Of a stretch of DNA of 64,000 bases, positions 37,462 to 50,716 are shown one piece after another (position 1 is the stretch's first letter; every line of letters begins with the position of its first letter). The stretch covers positions 12,945,190 to 13,009,189 of the forward strand of contig NC_085846.1 of assembly GCF_035594765.1 (NCBI RefSeq), in the 5' to 3' direction. The position numbers and the translations under genes were made by a program. This stretch comes from Anolis carolinensis (Eukaryota). The notes beneath the pieces are model-generated. The model made no database searches and was not told the origin of the DNA. It saw nothing but the letters and a program-made list of their open reading frames with translations.

Positions 37462-40400
37462 GAAAAAGATGACCTTTGAGATCATAACCTTTTGGAAAAC
37501 CAGAATCTCCATTGCCTTTTGGAAATGTGACCTTATGGAGATTATTGGCATTCACACCATTTGGAATAATCATAACCTTTTTGTAAAGTATGAGCTTCCT
37601 GAGAAGAGCTAAAAACTCATTTGAGTAAATCTTCTCTTTAGTGGTATATATCCACTAGTGTTCATGCAAGGCAAATTAGGTTTCTCAGCTGTTAGACTGA
37701 TATCTCTTTAAACTGTTAGGAAAAAAGGTTATGCCGATGCACAAAAATATATAGCAGATCTTCAGAAGTCTTGTTTCAGTTGCTCAAAAAGCATCTACTC
37801 TCCCATAAAATATATTTGGTTTAAATCATGCTTTCAAGAGACAAAATAAGTAGTCTTTGTTGAAATAACATAGTTGGTTTACTTACAAACTTCATGTATG
37901 CAGCATACATGTACATTGCTTATCAATCCAGCTACAGATAGGTTTGAAGTAGTTTCTCTGTGCAGATAACACAGGGCATCATTCTTTCAATCAACAGCAA
38001 CATCTTTCCATTCTGAGAGTCTATTGGAATCTGAGGGCCTTCCCCATGGTCATTCAAAGAATAGTTCCAGATGTGATCATGTGGTCCGTAGTCCCTCCCA
38101 CACCCTCAAACAACATTAAGGAGTTAAGGGAAACTGCATACTAATACACTCATATACACTATAGTAAGCAATCTGAGTTATATACATAACAAATAACTAG
38201 TATAGGAGGCTTGTAGAAGGTTGCTATTTCCAATAATATATACACACACATATACATATCAATGTGTACAATGAAATGTTTAAAAATATATGATTTATCA
38301 TAGAAAGCATTAAAAAAAATATGGTGGGCCCTTCCTATCCATGGGCGCCAGGACCTGTTATGGATGTGAAAAAAAATGTGGCTGATCATGCCCTATATTA
38401 TTAAATGTCTATGTTCATGACATCTCCATTTAGTAATATTAGGCACGGATGATCCACAGTACCTGAAAATCTTGCAGATCGGTTGTACTGAAACTACATG
38501 ATATCATGTAGAAAACCATGCTGTTTTATTGCACCAGATGTAAAAGAGCTCTCATCCTTGGTTTTAGTATGCTTTGGTTATGTGAGTTAAGGGATTCTGG
38601 CAGCTGTAGTACAGGAAAAAGTATTTTCCAACTTTGGTCAAAGGTTTCTAAGCTTTGATATAAGGGAAGGAACAAAATGTAAGTGGTGTTCATCAGTCTT
38701 CATATAGTTGCCCCTTTTTGCTGTGCTTTCCTCCTCCTCCTCAGGAGCATGTGGTGTCTGGAACTGTTGGCACTTATGAATGGTCTGGAGGCCTGGAGGA
38801 AGAGGTTTTGACAGGCCCTCCCCAAATCAACTTCATGAACGTGTCGGATAAAAGCTCCCTGTATTCTTACCTGGGTGAGTGAGGCAACAGGGAGCCTTTT
38901 CCCTCCAACACACATTTGGGATCAAGGATCCATATCTGACAGCTGTAATTTTCTTTTTCCTGGTGTCCCAACAGGTTATTCCATGGCTCTGGCTCATCAT
39001 GGCCAAAGGATGTTCTACATAGTTGGGGCACCACGATATGAGCACATTGGGAAAGTGTTTGCCTTTGAAAAACAAAGCAGGATGTTAGTGGGGAGTGTTG
39101 GGGGTGATCAGGTAAGAGGAGCAATTGGGATGAATCTTGGTCTTCCATTCGTTTCTTTTGGTGGGTGAAGAACCTACTTAGGAATTTTGCTTTAAAAGAA
39201 AGGGAGAATGTGAAATACTTTCAGTCTATACAGAAATAATCTAGCTAGACTTTTGTGAAAAACTTTGACTTCAAATATCTATAGAAGAGGCCAAAGAAGA
39301 AAAGTTAAAGTGAGCATAAAAACAGAGTCAGGTTGAAGAAAACCGTGCTTCGATTTAGAACATAATTGAAGCCCATAATGATTTCAGGTTGCTAAATATG
39401 TACAAAACAGTATGAACTGGGTTTCAAAACTATGAGATGTGATAACAGCCAGAATTCTGAAATAAGATACAATAAACAGATCATAATTTGAAAATAGTAT
39501 CACATTTTTTTATTACTCAGTTATTCCTTATTTGAGGAGCAGGTCGTCAGAGATTATGCCTTGTCATTTATTTGGTTTTTATCTCTGTTGTTCATTGTCC
39601 TTCCCCCTTCCCCAGAGATGGACTGTTCTATGTTGTTGTCTCTTTTCAGATTGGTTCTTATTTTGGTGCTGAGCTCTCTGTCGTGGACCTTAATGGGAAT
39701 GGACATACCGATCTCATTCTGATCGGGGTTCCCTTTTATTACAATGGGACACAAGGAGGCCTTGTCGAAGTCTGCGCCTTTAATGAGACGGTGAGGAAAA
39801 GACCTTGACAAGAAGAAAGCTAGTCCCCTAATCCCAAGATGGGAGGCATGCTGATTGCTAGATGTGACTGAACTGCAGTTCCCAGTATTCGTCACCATTG
39901 GCTGTGTTTACTAGGGCTGTTGGGAGTTGCAGTTCAGCAACATCTGGAGATCTATATGATTCCCATCCCTGTGCCAAACACCTTTACTTTCCTCCAGTGC
40001 AGTCAAGGATTTGGCCCGATTGCCAGCAGCATAGAAAGAAAATCTACTGCAATGTCTAAAATGTTTTATGTCTATGTCCGATGTTATATGTCATTTTAGA
40101 TATGTGATGCATTTTTACATATATGCGAGGCATTGAATTTTGCCATTTATTATGTTGTAAACTGCTTTGAGTCCCCCTAGGGGTGAGAAAAGCAGTATAC
40201 AAATGCAATAAATAAATAAGTGCTACTTCATATTATAATTATAGTTTATACTGCTGACTTTAGTGGCAGTCATTTTACTCCTGAGAGCATAAGCTGCCTT
40301 AACATTTGGTTATTATAAGGTAAATGTGTTTCACATAAATAACATTTCTTTCAGGGTGGCCTTAGTCGCCTCCAGATCCTTCGTGGGCTTCCTGGCAATG

Positions 40401-43400
40401 CATTTGGCAGGTTTGGGAGTGCACTCTCCTCATTGGGAGACATTACTGGGGATGGCCTGGCTGATGTGGCAGTAGGTGCTCCCTTGGAGGGTGAAGAAGA
40501 ACGTGGAGCCATTTACATCTTCCTGGGAGAAGTGGGGAGACTCCGGGATGTGCACAGCCAGGTGAGCCTAAGGGTCAAAGCAGGTAGAATGCAGTCCATG
40601 AGCATCTTCATTTATTAACTAAACTAAGGCTGATTCTACACTCACCATATAATGCAGTTTGAACCACATTGAACTGCATTATGGTCAGTGTAGAGCAGGC
40701 ATGGGCAAACTTTGGCCCTCCGGGGGTTTTGACTTGCAACTCTCACAATTCCTAACAGCCTCAGGCCTCTTCCTTTTCCCACTCAGCCGTTTAAGTGGCT
40801 AGTCTGATTAAAGATTTACTTTGTTGGGTGACAGTATAAAAAACATTTCCTGTGGAAAACACAGGAGTAATGATCAAACTTAGGGTGCTTCTATATCAGT
40901 AACTCATTTCTCTCTCTCCCTCCGTCATACAGTGCATCGCTGCTGCCTCTTTGTCTCCTGTGCTCCATTTTTTTGGACAGTCCATCCAGGGAAGGTTGGA
41001 TCTAAGTGGAGATGAACTGACCGACTTAGCTGTTGGAGCGCTAGGAAGTGCAGTGATACTTCGGTAGGCATGGCCGGCATGGCCGTGGAACTTACTTGAA
41101 AGCAAGGGGAAACGACCTACTAGCCTTCTTGAGATAGGATTTTTCTTTTCCCCAGATGTTGCTATACCCTTTAACTGTCTCAGTTTGGCAATTCCAATAA
41201 GTTCTGTGCCAGCCAGCCTTTTGTAAAGTGTCTCTCTTCTCCTCCCATTTCCCCTCTTTAATAATATACTTTATTTATATTCCTCTCTATCTCCCCAAGG
41301 GGACTCAGGGTGGATTACAGAACACATATACGGCAAACAGTCAATGCTGTTATATAATTAACAAGGAAAGGCAATACATAAACAGAGGAAAAGGCTTTTC
41401 CCATCTTTTCCATTTCCGGCATCTGGAAGCTGTGCCCAAATTTGGCCATGGAGGGTGTTGTCACTCTACCTTCCATGCCGAGGAACTTTGTCATCCTTAG
41501 ACGTCCTTCCAATTGAATCGCTGGCATGTCCTTATGGGAACCTTTTATTACCTCCCAGCTTAAAGCGATATCTATTTATCTACTTACATTTCTGTTTTTG
41601 ATCTGCTAGGTGGGCAGGGAGATGGGCATGGAGATGGGGCTGGTGGTGGGTGCTCTACCGACCTAGGCTTGAACTGCCAACTTTTCAATTGGCAGGATTT
41701 TCTGCAGTTTAGCAGTTTAGCCCGCCGTGCTAAGCCCAGCCCCCCTTTATCCTTAGCTTACTTCAATTGCTGAAAACCAAGTTCAAAATGAAAAAGTAGT
41801 TGGCGCACTATTAATGTGAAGAAATTAATGAAATCCTGCCCTTTCCTTTAGACTTAAGCAAAAGCTAACTGCTGCAAGGCCTTTTAATATATGGGTGTTT
41901 TTCCAAATTAATATCTTGTGCCATTGTGATCACACTTAGATGTTGTATGGCTAGAAGTGTCCCAGTTTTAAACTATGACATTTTAGAAAGTGTGTATTGC
42001 TATGAAATTATTTAAATTCTAATGCTTAAATCAGATAAAGAATAACTGGATTGTGGTTTGATTGGTCAGGGACTTTGGACAGCTGCTGGATCGGAAAGAT
42101 CATATTTTCTGTCTTCTGCACTTCAGATCCAGGCCTGTTTTCACCGTCATCCTTTCACTGAGTTTCTCTCCTTCTCCGATCCCCCTGGATGACCCTTCCT
42201 GTGGAAGTGGGAAACATTTGGGTATTGGGCCTCGTGGAAACCTCAGCATTTGCTTCACATTGAAACCGATTAGTCCAAAACAAAATAGTGGTAAGACCCC
42301 ATTTTTTAAATTTGCCATCCAGTCCTCTCATTTGCCTCCAGAAATAATTTCCTCTTTCGTGTGTACAATATTCTGTATACAATCCTTTTTCATATACTTG
42401 TTCATTTGTTCACACTTGAGATTCTGTTTCATGCCCTCGTTTTCCTTTAAAACCCTTATTTCCCTTTTTTTTGCTCTTATTACTTATTTTACATTATTTT
42501 TCCTCATTTTTCCTTCAATTAAATGATTTTTAAATTGAAATTATAAAATGACTAATTTTAAAAATAAAATCCAATAAAATCTAATCCTACTGCTAGAACT
42601 ATTGTTTCCACATTAATTTTCGTTTCATTTCAACCATTCCTTCTCACTCACTGTTGTTTTCAGTGATTCTTACATAGTCTTCTCATATATTAATCTGTTC
42701 ACTTTGTGAAATGGCTTGTAGGTTCCCTCAAGGAATGTACTGCATTCATTCCAGTTTGTCCTGCTCCTTGAATGTTCTTTTCTTTTTTACTAGATATTCT
42801 GCGGGCAACCATCACCTATTCTGTCCAGTCTGATGCAGCCCAATCTATGCCACGTCTTACATTTGAGAATGAGAGCCCTACCATCCGTAAGGACATCCGT
42901 CTTGGAAGGATGACAAGATGTATCAAGGAGTCCCTCCAGGCTCCGGTAGGGAAGTGATATGCCATTCAGAATCCTAAGAGATAACATTTTGTACATGCAG
43001 AGATGGGGGGGGGGAGGGTTTATTTAAGGGTTTTTTTTATATATCCCAACTGCTTCTATTTGGCAGAGACAGTCCCAATTAAGTGCAATTAGTGGGAACA
43101 CAAGAGAGAGGCCCAACAGGGCCCTCTCCAGATTATCATAATGTTCTAACTTTTGGAAAATTGAAATCTCCATAACATTTTGGGGATGTTAAGATCTTTG
43201 GAAAGGCATAAAGTTAGAAGTCATACCCTTTTGAAAAATGATGTCATAACATCTTGGTTAAAAGCATGACCTGTTAGAGTCATAATCTTTTGGGGAAATG
43301 GCATTCATGCAAGGCAATCAGGTTTCTCAGCTGTTAATCTGATGGACGTAGATATTTCTTTGAACAGTTACAGACAAAAGCATGCCAATGCACAAAACAC

Positions 43401-46400
43401 ACACATATATAGTAGAGTTTCAGAAGTGTTCTTTTTAGTTGCCCCAAAACATCTACTCTCCCTGAAAATATATTTGCTTTTAAATCATGCTCTCAAGAGA
43501 CAAAAATAAGCAGACTTCTTTAAAAATATCATAGTTGGTATATTCACACACTTGATGTATTCAGCATATAGGTATTTTGCTTATCAAATCCTGTTACAAA
43601 TAGGATTTGAAGTAGTTACTCTGTGTAAGTAACACAGGGCATCTTTCTTAGAGTCAACAGTCTATAATCTAAAGCATCTCTCTGTTCTGGGAGTCTAACA
43701 GGGTCTCTGTCTAGTCTGAAAGTCCAAAAGAGTCTAAATTCCTGGCATCTGAAACGATACGTCTTCTACAGTCTTCCAAACTGCACTGTTTCTAAAATGG
43801 AATCTGAGTCCTGAACAAGCCCAGATCTGATCACGTGGTCTGCAGCCCTTCCCACAACAAAGAGTTTAAAAAAACTGCATACCAATACACACATACAATA
43901 CAGTAAGCAATCTGAATTATATACACAACAAATAACTAGTGGAGGCTTGAAGAAGGTTGCTATTTCCAACACTAACAGGTTCATGCAGAGAGGCATAGTC
44001 CTTCAAATAACAGAGACCCAAGCCAAGAATGTGCTGATACATTGGAAATGTCTCCTTCTCCCTTAGGCCTGCCTGGATGACACCTTCTCTCCAGTTGTGT
44101 TGAAGGCAAACTTTTCCGGTGAAGGGTCACCCGATACCAGGGAACTACGCCCAATCATCCACCCGGAAACAAACTTTTCTGCTGAAATTGAGGTGTTACT
44201 TTTCGTTGCTTCTTATTATGTCCACTTACAAAAATCCACCAGCCAGCAAGATTTGTGAAAACACCTGATAGGCCACAATCTGCTATTTCTGAGCAAATCC
44301 AGGTCTTGTCAGTCACTGTGTGATGGGACAAATGACTGTGAATCCTATGCATGCTAGNNNNNNNNNNNNNNNNNNNNNNNNNNNNNNNNNNNNNNNNNNN
44401 NNNNNNNNNNNNNNNNNNNNNNNNNNNNNNNNNNNNNNNNNNNNNNNNNNNNNNNNNNNNNNNNNNNNNNNNNNNNNNNNNNNNNNNNNNNAAATAATAA
44501 TTTATGTATTGCCTTCCTCTCTTTGCGGCTCAATAAATATTAGAAACTTAATAGCAACTCAGCTGCCTTATGTTATTTAATAATAGTGACAAAAAGAGAA
44601 GAAGAAGAGAGAGCTATCCTCACAGAGGACTAGAATACTTATGGAGATTTTAACATAAAAGAAACTTAGAACACCATGGGATAGATTTGTGCCTATTTTT
44701 CACACTCTTCCATATTTTGTATGCCCTTGAGTTGTACTCTTTTGATCCATCTTGTTCACCATGTTGCTTTTTACCTCTTGTAACACAAGGTTCCCTTCAA
44801 GCAAGACTGTGGCCCTGATGAAATTTGTGTGTCTGATCTTCGGGTCTCCTTCAACTTTTCAGGGTGAGCATCTCCTGTGAACCCTTCACAGATATTGTCC
44901 TATTATAGACTGCTGTGCCTTATGACCCTTGCAAATGAAATATGTGCTGCAGGGAAGAGGGAGCCATCCATCCCCATGAATATTGCGAGGAATTAGGGGG
45001 CTTGGCCCTTTGCTGCTAAAAAAGCAGTGCACAAGCTGCATATTGTACCAAGGTTCCTCTATGACATTATAGGACATCTCCAAGATCATTCCTTAACTCT
45101 TTGTTTGTCCTGGAATGTAATCCGACAGCTTTCCTTAGAGTCACATATATAAGAGATGCTGCAATACATTCCTGAGGCTATGTGCGTCATCTTGTACATT
45201 CAGTCACCTTGTGCTGAAAATGTAAACCTAGGACCCTTTCACACTATACATTTGTGGCACCATGATTCCACGTTAATTGCCATGGAGACATCCTATGGAA
45301 TCCTGGGATATAGAGTTTTTTGGGGGGGAATTTAGAATTCTCAGTTATCTGCATCCTACAAATCCTAGGATACAGTCATAACGCTTGAAATAGAATCATT
45401 TGGTAGTTTGTAATGACCCTTGGCGATCATTTCAAGGAGGGCTTTCCATAATATGCCCATCTCACAGAACTTGGAAACAGTTCTTTTTTTGCTATGCTGG
45501 GGAATTCTGGGAGTTGTAGTCCAAACGTAACTTTGCAAGGTGCTGCTTTTCATATACTTGTCTGCATGAAGTCAACCTAGCAACTAATCATTAAAGCAGC
45601 GTTTCTTTTTTTTTAAATAAATTTTTATTAAAAAGAAAAAAGGAAGATTTTATATACATAAAAGTGGGGAAACGATATAGGTATAGGAAAGTAGGAAAAA
45701 CAACAAAAAAGAAGAAAAAGGTAGGAAAAAAGGAGGGAGAAAAAACACCCATAGGAATAGGGTAGAGGTACTTAGAACTTCCGTTCTTCCTCCTCCTGTA
45801 AAATTGTAATTTTATAAGAATCTTACACTGTCAGTAAAAGAACAAAAAAAAAGCAGTGTTTCTCAATCTGGGGGTCGGGACCTCTGGGGGTATTTCATAG
45901 GGGTCGCCAAAGACCATCAGAAAACATATATTTCTGATGGTCTCAGGAATCCAAATCCCTCCAGTATTTTCTGTTGGTCATGGGAGTTCTGTGTGGAAGT
46001 TTTGGCCCAATTCTATCGTTGGTGGGGTTCAAGGGGTGCTTTGATTGTAAGTGACCTATAAATCCCAGCAACTACAGCTCCCAAATGTCAAAGTCTGTTT
46101 TCCCCAAACTCCACCAATGTTCAAATTTGGGCATATTGAGTATTTGTGCCAAGTTTGGTCCAGATCCATTGTTGTTTGGAGTCCACAGTGCTCTCTGGAT
46201 GTAGGTGAACTACAACTCCAAAACTCAAGGTCAATGCTCACCAAACTTATCCAGTATTTTCTGTTGGTCATGGGAGTTCTGTGTGCCAAGTTAGGTTCAG
46301 TTTCATCGTTGGTGGAGTTCAGAGTGCTCTTTAATTGTAGGTTAACTATAAATCCCAGCAACTACAACTCCCAAATGACAAAATCAATCCGCCCCAACCC

Positions 46401-49045
46401 CACTAGTATTCAAATTTTGGGCATATTGGTATTTGTGTCAAATTTGGTCCAGTGAATGAAAATACATCCTGCATATCAGATATTTAAATTATGATTGATA
46501 ACAGTAGCAAAATTACAGTTATGAAGTAGCAACAGAAATAATTTTATGGTTGGGGGTTACCACAACATGAAAAACTGTATTAAGGGGTTGTGGTCTTAGG
46601 TAGGTTGAGAACCGTTGCATTAGAAGAATACATGTTCTGGAACATGGCCATACAGCCCGGAAAACTCACAGCAACCCAGTGACGCTGGCCATGAAAGCAT
46701 TCAACAACATATTAGAGGAATACTTTGCAATCTCTTCCTCATACCTTCTTCACAGTAGGCAGTCTTTAAGCAGTCTTTATGCTTAAATTTCAGCACTGGA
46801 AACTGAGAGAAGAGGCCAAGATTTGCCTGAGGTCCTGTTCCCGAGGCCTAAAGGTTGACTAAATATGCAATTTCATTTCAGATCCAGAGGTCTTAATCTG
46901 AGTCCAAAGTTCATACTAAATTTAACGGTGAAACTGGAAAATGTGGGAGAGACGGCGTACGAACCAGGCCTTTCCTTTTATTACCCCCCTGTTTTGTCTT
47001 TTCAAGGGGCTTCAGTTCTTCAGGTGAGTTGAAGGAGCAATTTATAGCGGTGTGGGAAAAGACAGATAGGAAGAGACCGAAGATTGGTAAATGTTGGGTA
47101 TATAGGAATTGTCAGAAATATTAAAAATTAACTAGTTATTTTTAATTACAAACATGTGAGTCAAGCACTGAAAGGGTTAAATATGCTAGTGTTGCCCTGA
47201 GGAGAATGAGTAGGCCGAAGACTGTTAGAGTTAGTGGGCCAAAGCTAGTGTTGTCCTGAGGAGTGTGAGAAATGCCTCAGTGTTAGGCAGTCTCTGAGTG
47301 AGAGAGGTCTCACTGTGAGGTAGGCCTCAGTATGAGGTAGGCCTCTGTGTATGAAGAAGGCCTAGTGTGAGGATGCCTCAGTATGAAGAAGGCCTAGTGC
47401 AGTGGTTTTCAACTTGTGGGTCCCCAGATGTTTTGGCCTTCAACTCCCAGAAATCCTAACAGCTAGTAAACTGGCTGGGATTTATGGGAGTTGTAGGCCA
47501 AAGCACCTGGGGATCCACAGGTTGAGAACCATCGGCCTAGTGTGAGGAAGCCTCAGTGTGAGTGTTGTGGCTGATTGGAGAAATAATACCAAAAGAAATC
47601 CTTTTGGGAGGCTTAAGAAAAAGAACGGTTTATTTTAAGGAAAACCAGCTGGAACTGACTCTAGCATAGATTACTCCAAAAGATACCAGAGTGAGGGCAA
47701 AAAGCTGTCCTCCTCTATTTATACATTTTCAGAATACAGACAAACAAAGAACATACTCCTACATAAGTATCATCATCACAACGTCACTTTACACATCACA
47801 AAAACTCATGTTACCTTTTCTACATACATGGGGCATATACAGTAGTCACACTTATCCAACACTCGCTTATCCAACGTTCTGGATTATCCAACGCATTTTT
47901 GTAGTCAATGTTTTCAATACATAGTGATATTTTGGTGCTAAACTCGTAAATACAGTAATTACTACATAGCATTACTGAGTATTGAACTACTTTTTCTGTC
48001 AAATTTGTTGTATAACATGATGTTTTGGTGCTTAATTTGTAAAATCATAACCTATTTTGATGTTTAACAGGCTTTTTCTTAATCCCTCCTTATTATCCAA
48101 TATATTCGCTTATCCAACGTTCTACCGGCCCGTTTATGTTGTATAAGTGAGACTCTACTGTATATGCATGTCTCAGCATATATATCTAAGGCACTCTGGA
48201 AGCAGCTTGCAGGTTCAGCTATAGAGATCAATCACTTTTGACCTGTCAGGGGAGAGAAGTGTCAGGTGATGTCTTCCATTAATTTTGAATAAATTGATTT
48301 TTATTTCTCTCCTGTCTCCCTTCAAGTCAAATTGGCGCCTGTCCCCAGCTTGCCAAATGCATGGATCTCAAGGGAACTCATCCACCCGCCACAGCTCTTG
48401 CAGTTTTAGACCCCCAACTCTCAAGAAAGGCATTCAGGTAAAAAAAATAAAAGTACAGCGCTGGGGAAATGAAATCAAAGTTATTGATCATAATGAGAAA
48501 AGGAAGAGAAAGTGTGAAGAGTGGGATTGGGAAAGTCCCTATTCAGAGATGTCATGACGGACTTATTTGTTCCTTTAAGGCTTTCCTCAAGTTTTCCTTC
48601 CGCTCTTCCAGACGTGACTCCTGGCATGACAAGTTTGCATCTGTCACCATTCGAGCCCACAGGTAGGGGAAGACCTTGTTGAAGGTATCACACAACACAG
48701 GCAAACCACCATTACAGCGGGGAAGTGGATTTTTGGGGGAATGATCCAGATGAATGGCCAATTCTGTAATGTAATCACATTTATTGCTCTCAGGATTAAA
48801 ATGAGACATTTCCCCAATTTGTGGGAGGGGAAATTGCGGGAGGAACCAAGATACCTTGTTAGGGAAATGCCGTTGTTGTTGTTGTTGTTGTTGTTGATGT
48901 TGATGTTGTTGTTGTTGTTATTATGCTACCGTGTCCTGGGAGTAATAGTTACCCTTCTCTGTGTGCGTCTGCATCTGAGAATAAATGAAGTAGGGACCCA
49001 TTTTAAATGCCATTATTATTGTTGTTGTTGTTGTTGTTGTTGTTA

Positions 49046-49094
<49 letters not shown>

Positions 49095-49302
49095 TTATGA
49101 CACAGCAAACAAGATAGATAAGCTGGATTTCATATCACAAAATCACAAATCGAACACTTCCCAAGTGTCTAGGACTGTGTGATGTATTTTCGGATGATGA
49201 GCGCAGATCCCAGCAGGGTGGCCTTTTGCAGCTGGCAGATCGTAATTTTGTCAATGTCTATTGTTTCCAAATGCTGACGGAGATCTTTTGGCACGGCACC
49301 CA

Positions 49303-49364
<62 letters not shown>

Positions 49365-50675
49365 GCCATGTGTCCATGCTGTAGATTCCTGGGAGTCATA
49401 GTTTTCCAAGGTCCATACCCTTCTTTTACAGTATGGAATGAATTCCTTTGCACCCCATTTTAAATGCCATGGCTCAATGTGATGGAGTCCTCCCGGGAGT
49501 TATAGTTTCCCAAGCTCCATACCCTTTTCTGGGTGCAGCTACACTGTGGAATGAATGCAATTGGACCTGACTTTAAATGCCATGTCTTGGGAATTGCAAC
49601 AGCCTTTGTAATATAGATAGACACACAGACTTTGACATATATATATATAGAGAGAGATTTATATAGTTTGGTTTGTGGAGGCGAGTGTTAAATTCTGGAA
49701 TTATGCAATTGTATTAAAAATATATTTTTTAAAAATTAAGGAACCGCAGTCGTGCAGGAAAGCAGAGTTATGAGGTTGTGTGAATGTATGATTGTAGGGC
49801 CATGGATTGATGAATCAGTGCAATTGGTTACCAAGTATATCAAAGATGCTCAATGCAGTATGCATTCATTCGCAATGATAATGCAACTGTAATAGAATGG
49901 AAAAGTCCTGTAATATGGTCCAGTGTGTCTTCATTGTCTGGTTTGGTCTCTTCGCTTGTCCGATTTGGTGATACTAACTCTTGTTTGTCTTCCAGTCAGA
50001 ATGAGAACGACACTCGTACCCTAAGTGACAATGAGGCTACAGGTTCCCTGCCTGTGCTACATCCAGTCAACGTCATTATTAAGGGGTAATTCTGCCCCTA
50101 GATCCCTTTTCTCCAAATTCTCAGAGGTGGCTGGCCAGTGTGGTCCCCCACCTCTTGGCCGATGCCCATCTCTGAACTCCATAAACATTTGTCCTCTCCC
50201 TTCTCCTCTAGGGTTGAGTCTACCACCTACCTCAATTTCTCTACAGAGATCCCACAAAGGAAAACCCTTACACACACCTATGTGGTAATATATAGCTGAT
50301 TTTCTTCCTGCGTTTTTATAACAGTTTGCCCAATTTAGTCTTATATACAGCCTGTCATCCTTGAATCCTGTTATTCCACATTTCCCTTTTGCTCTTGTAG
50401 GTTCAAAACGATGGCCCAAACTCCACCCCAGTCAATGTGACCTTTGAACTCTCCTCAGAGACTAAGTTGGGCTTCTTCTGGAATGTGACCCTAACTCACA
50501 GTAATATGGTGAGTAGTAAATCTTATTTATTAAATAATGTATTTATTTTACATTGTTTATATTCCATCCTTCTCACCCCTAGGGGGATTCAGGATCACAG
50601 AACATATATGTGCAGCAAACATTCAATGCCGTTTATACACCGACAAGGCAGACAATTGAACATAGATAGGGGCAA

Positions 50676-50716
<41 letters not shown>

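Noticed and set aside
44320-44580. ORF spanning the N run
   Set aside because: Artefact of the assembly gap.
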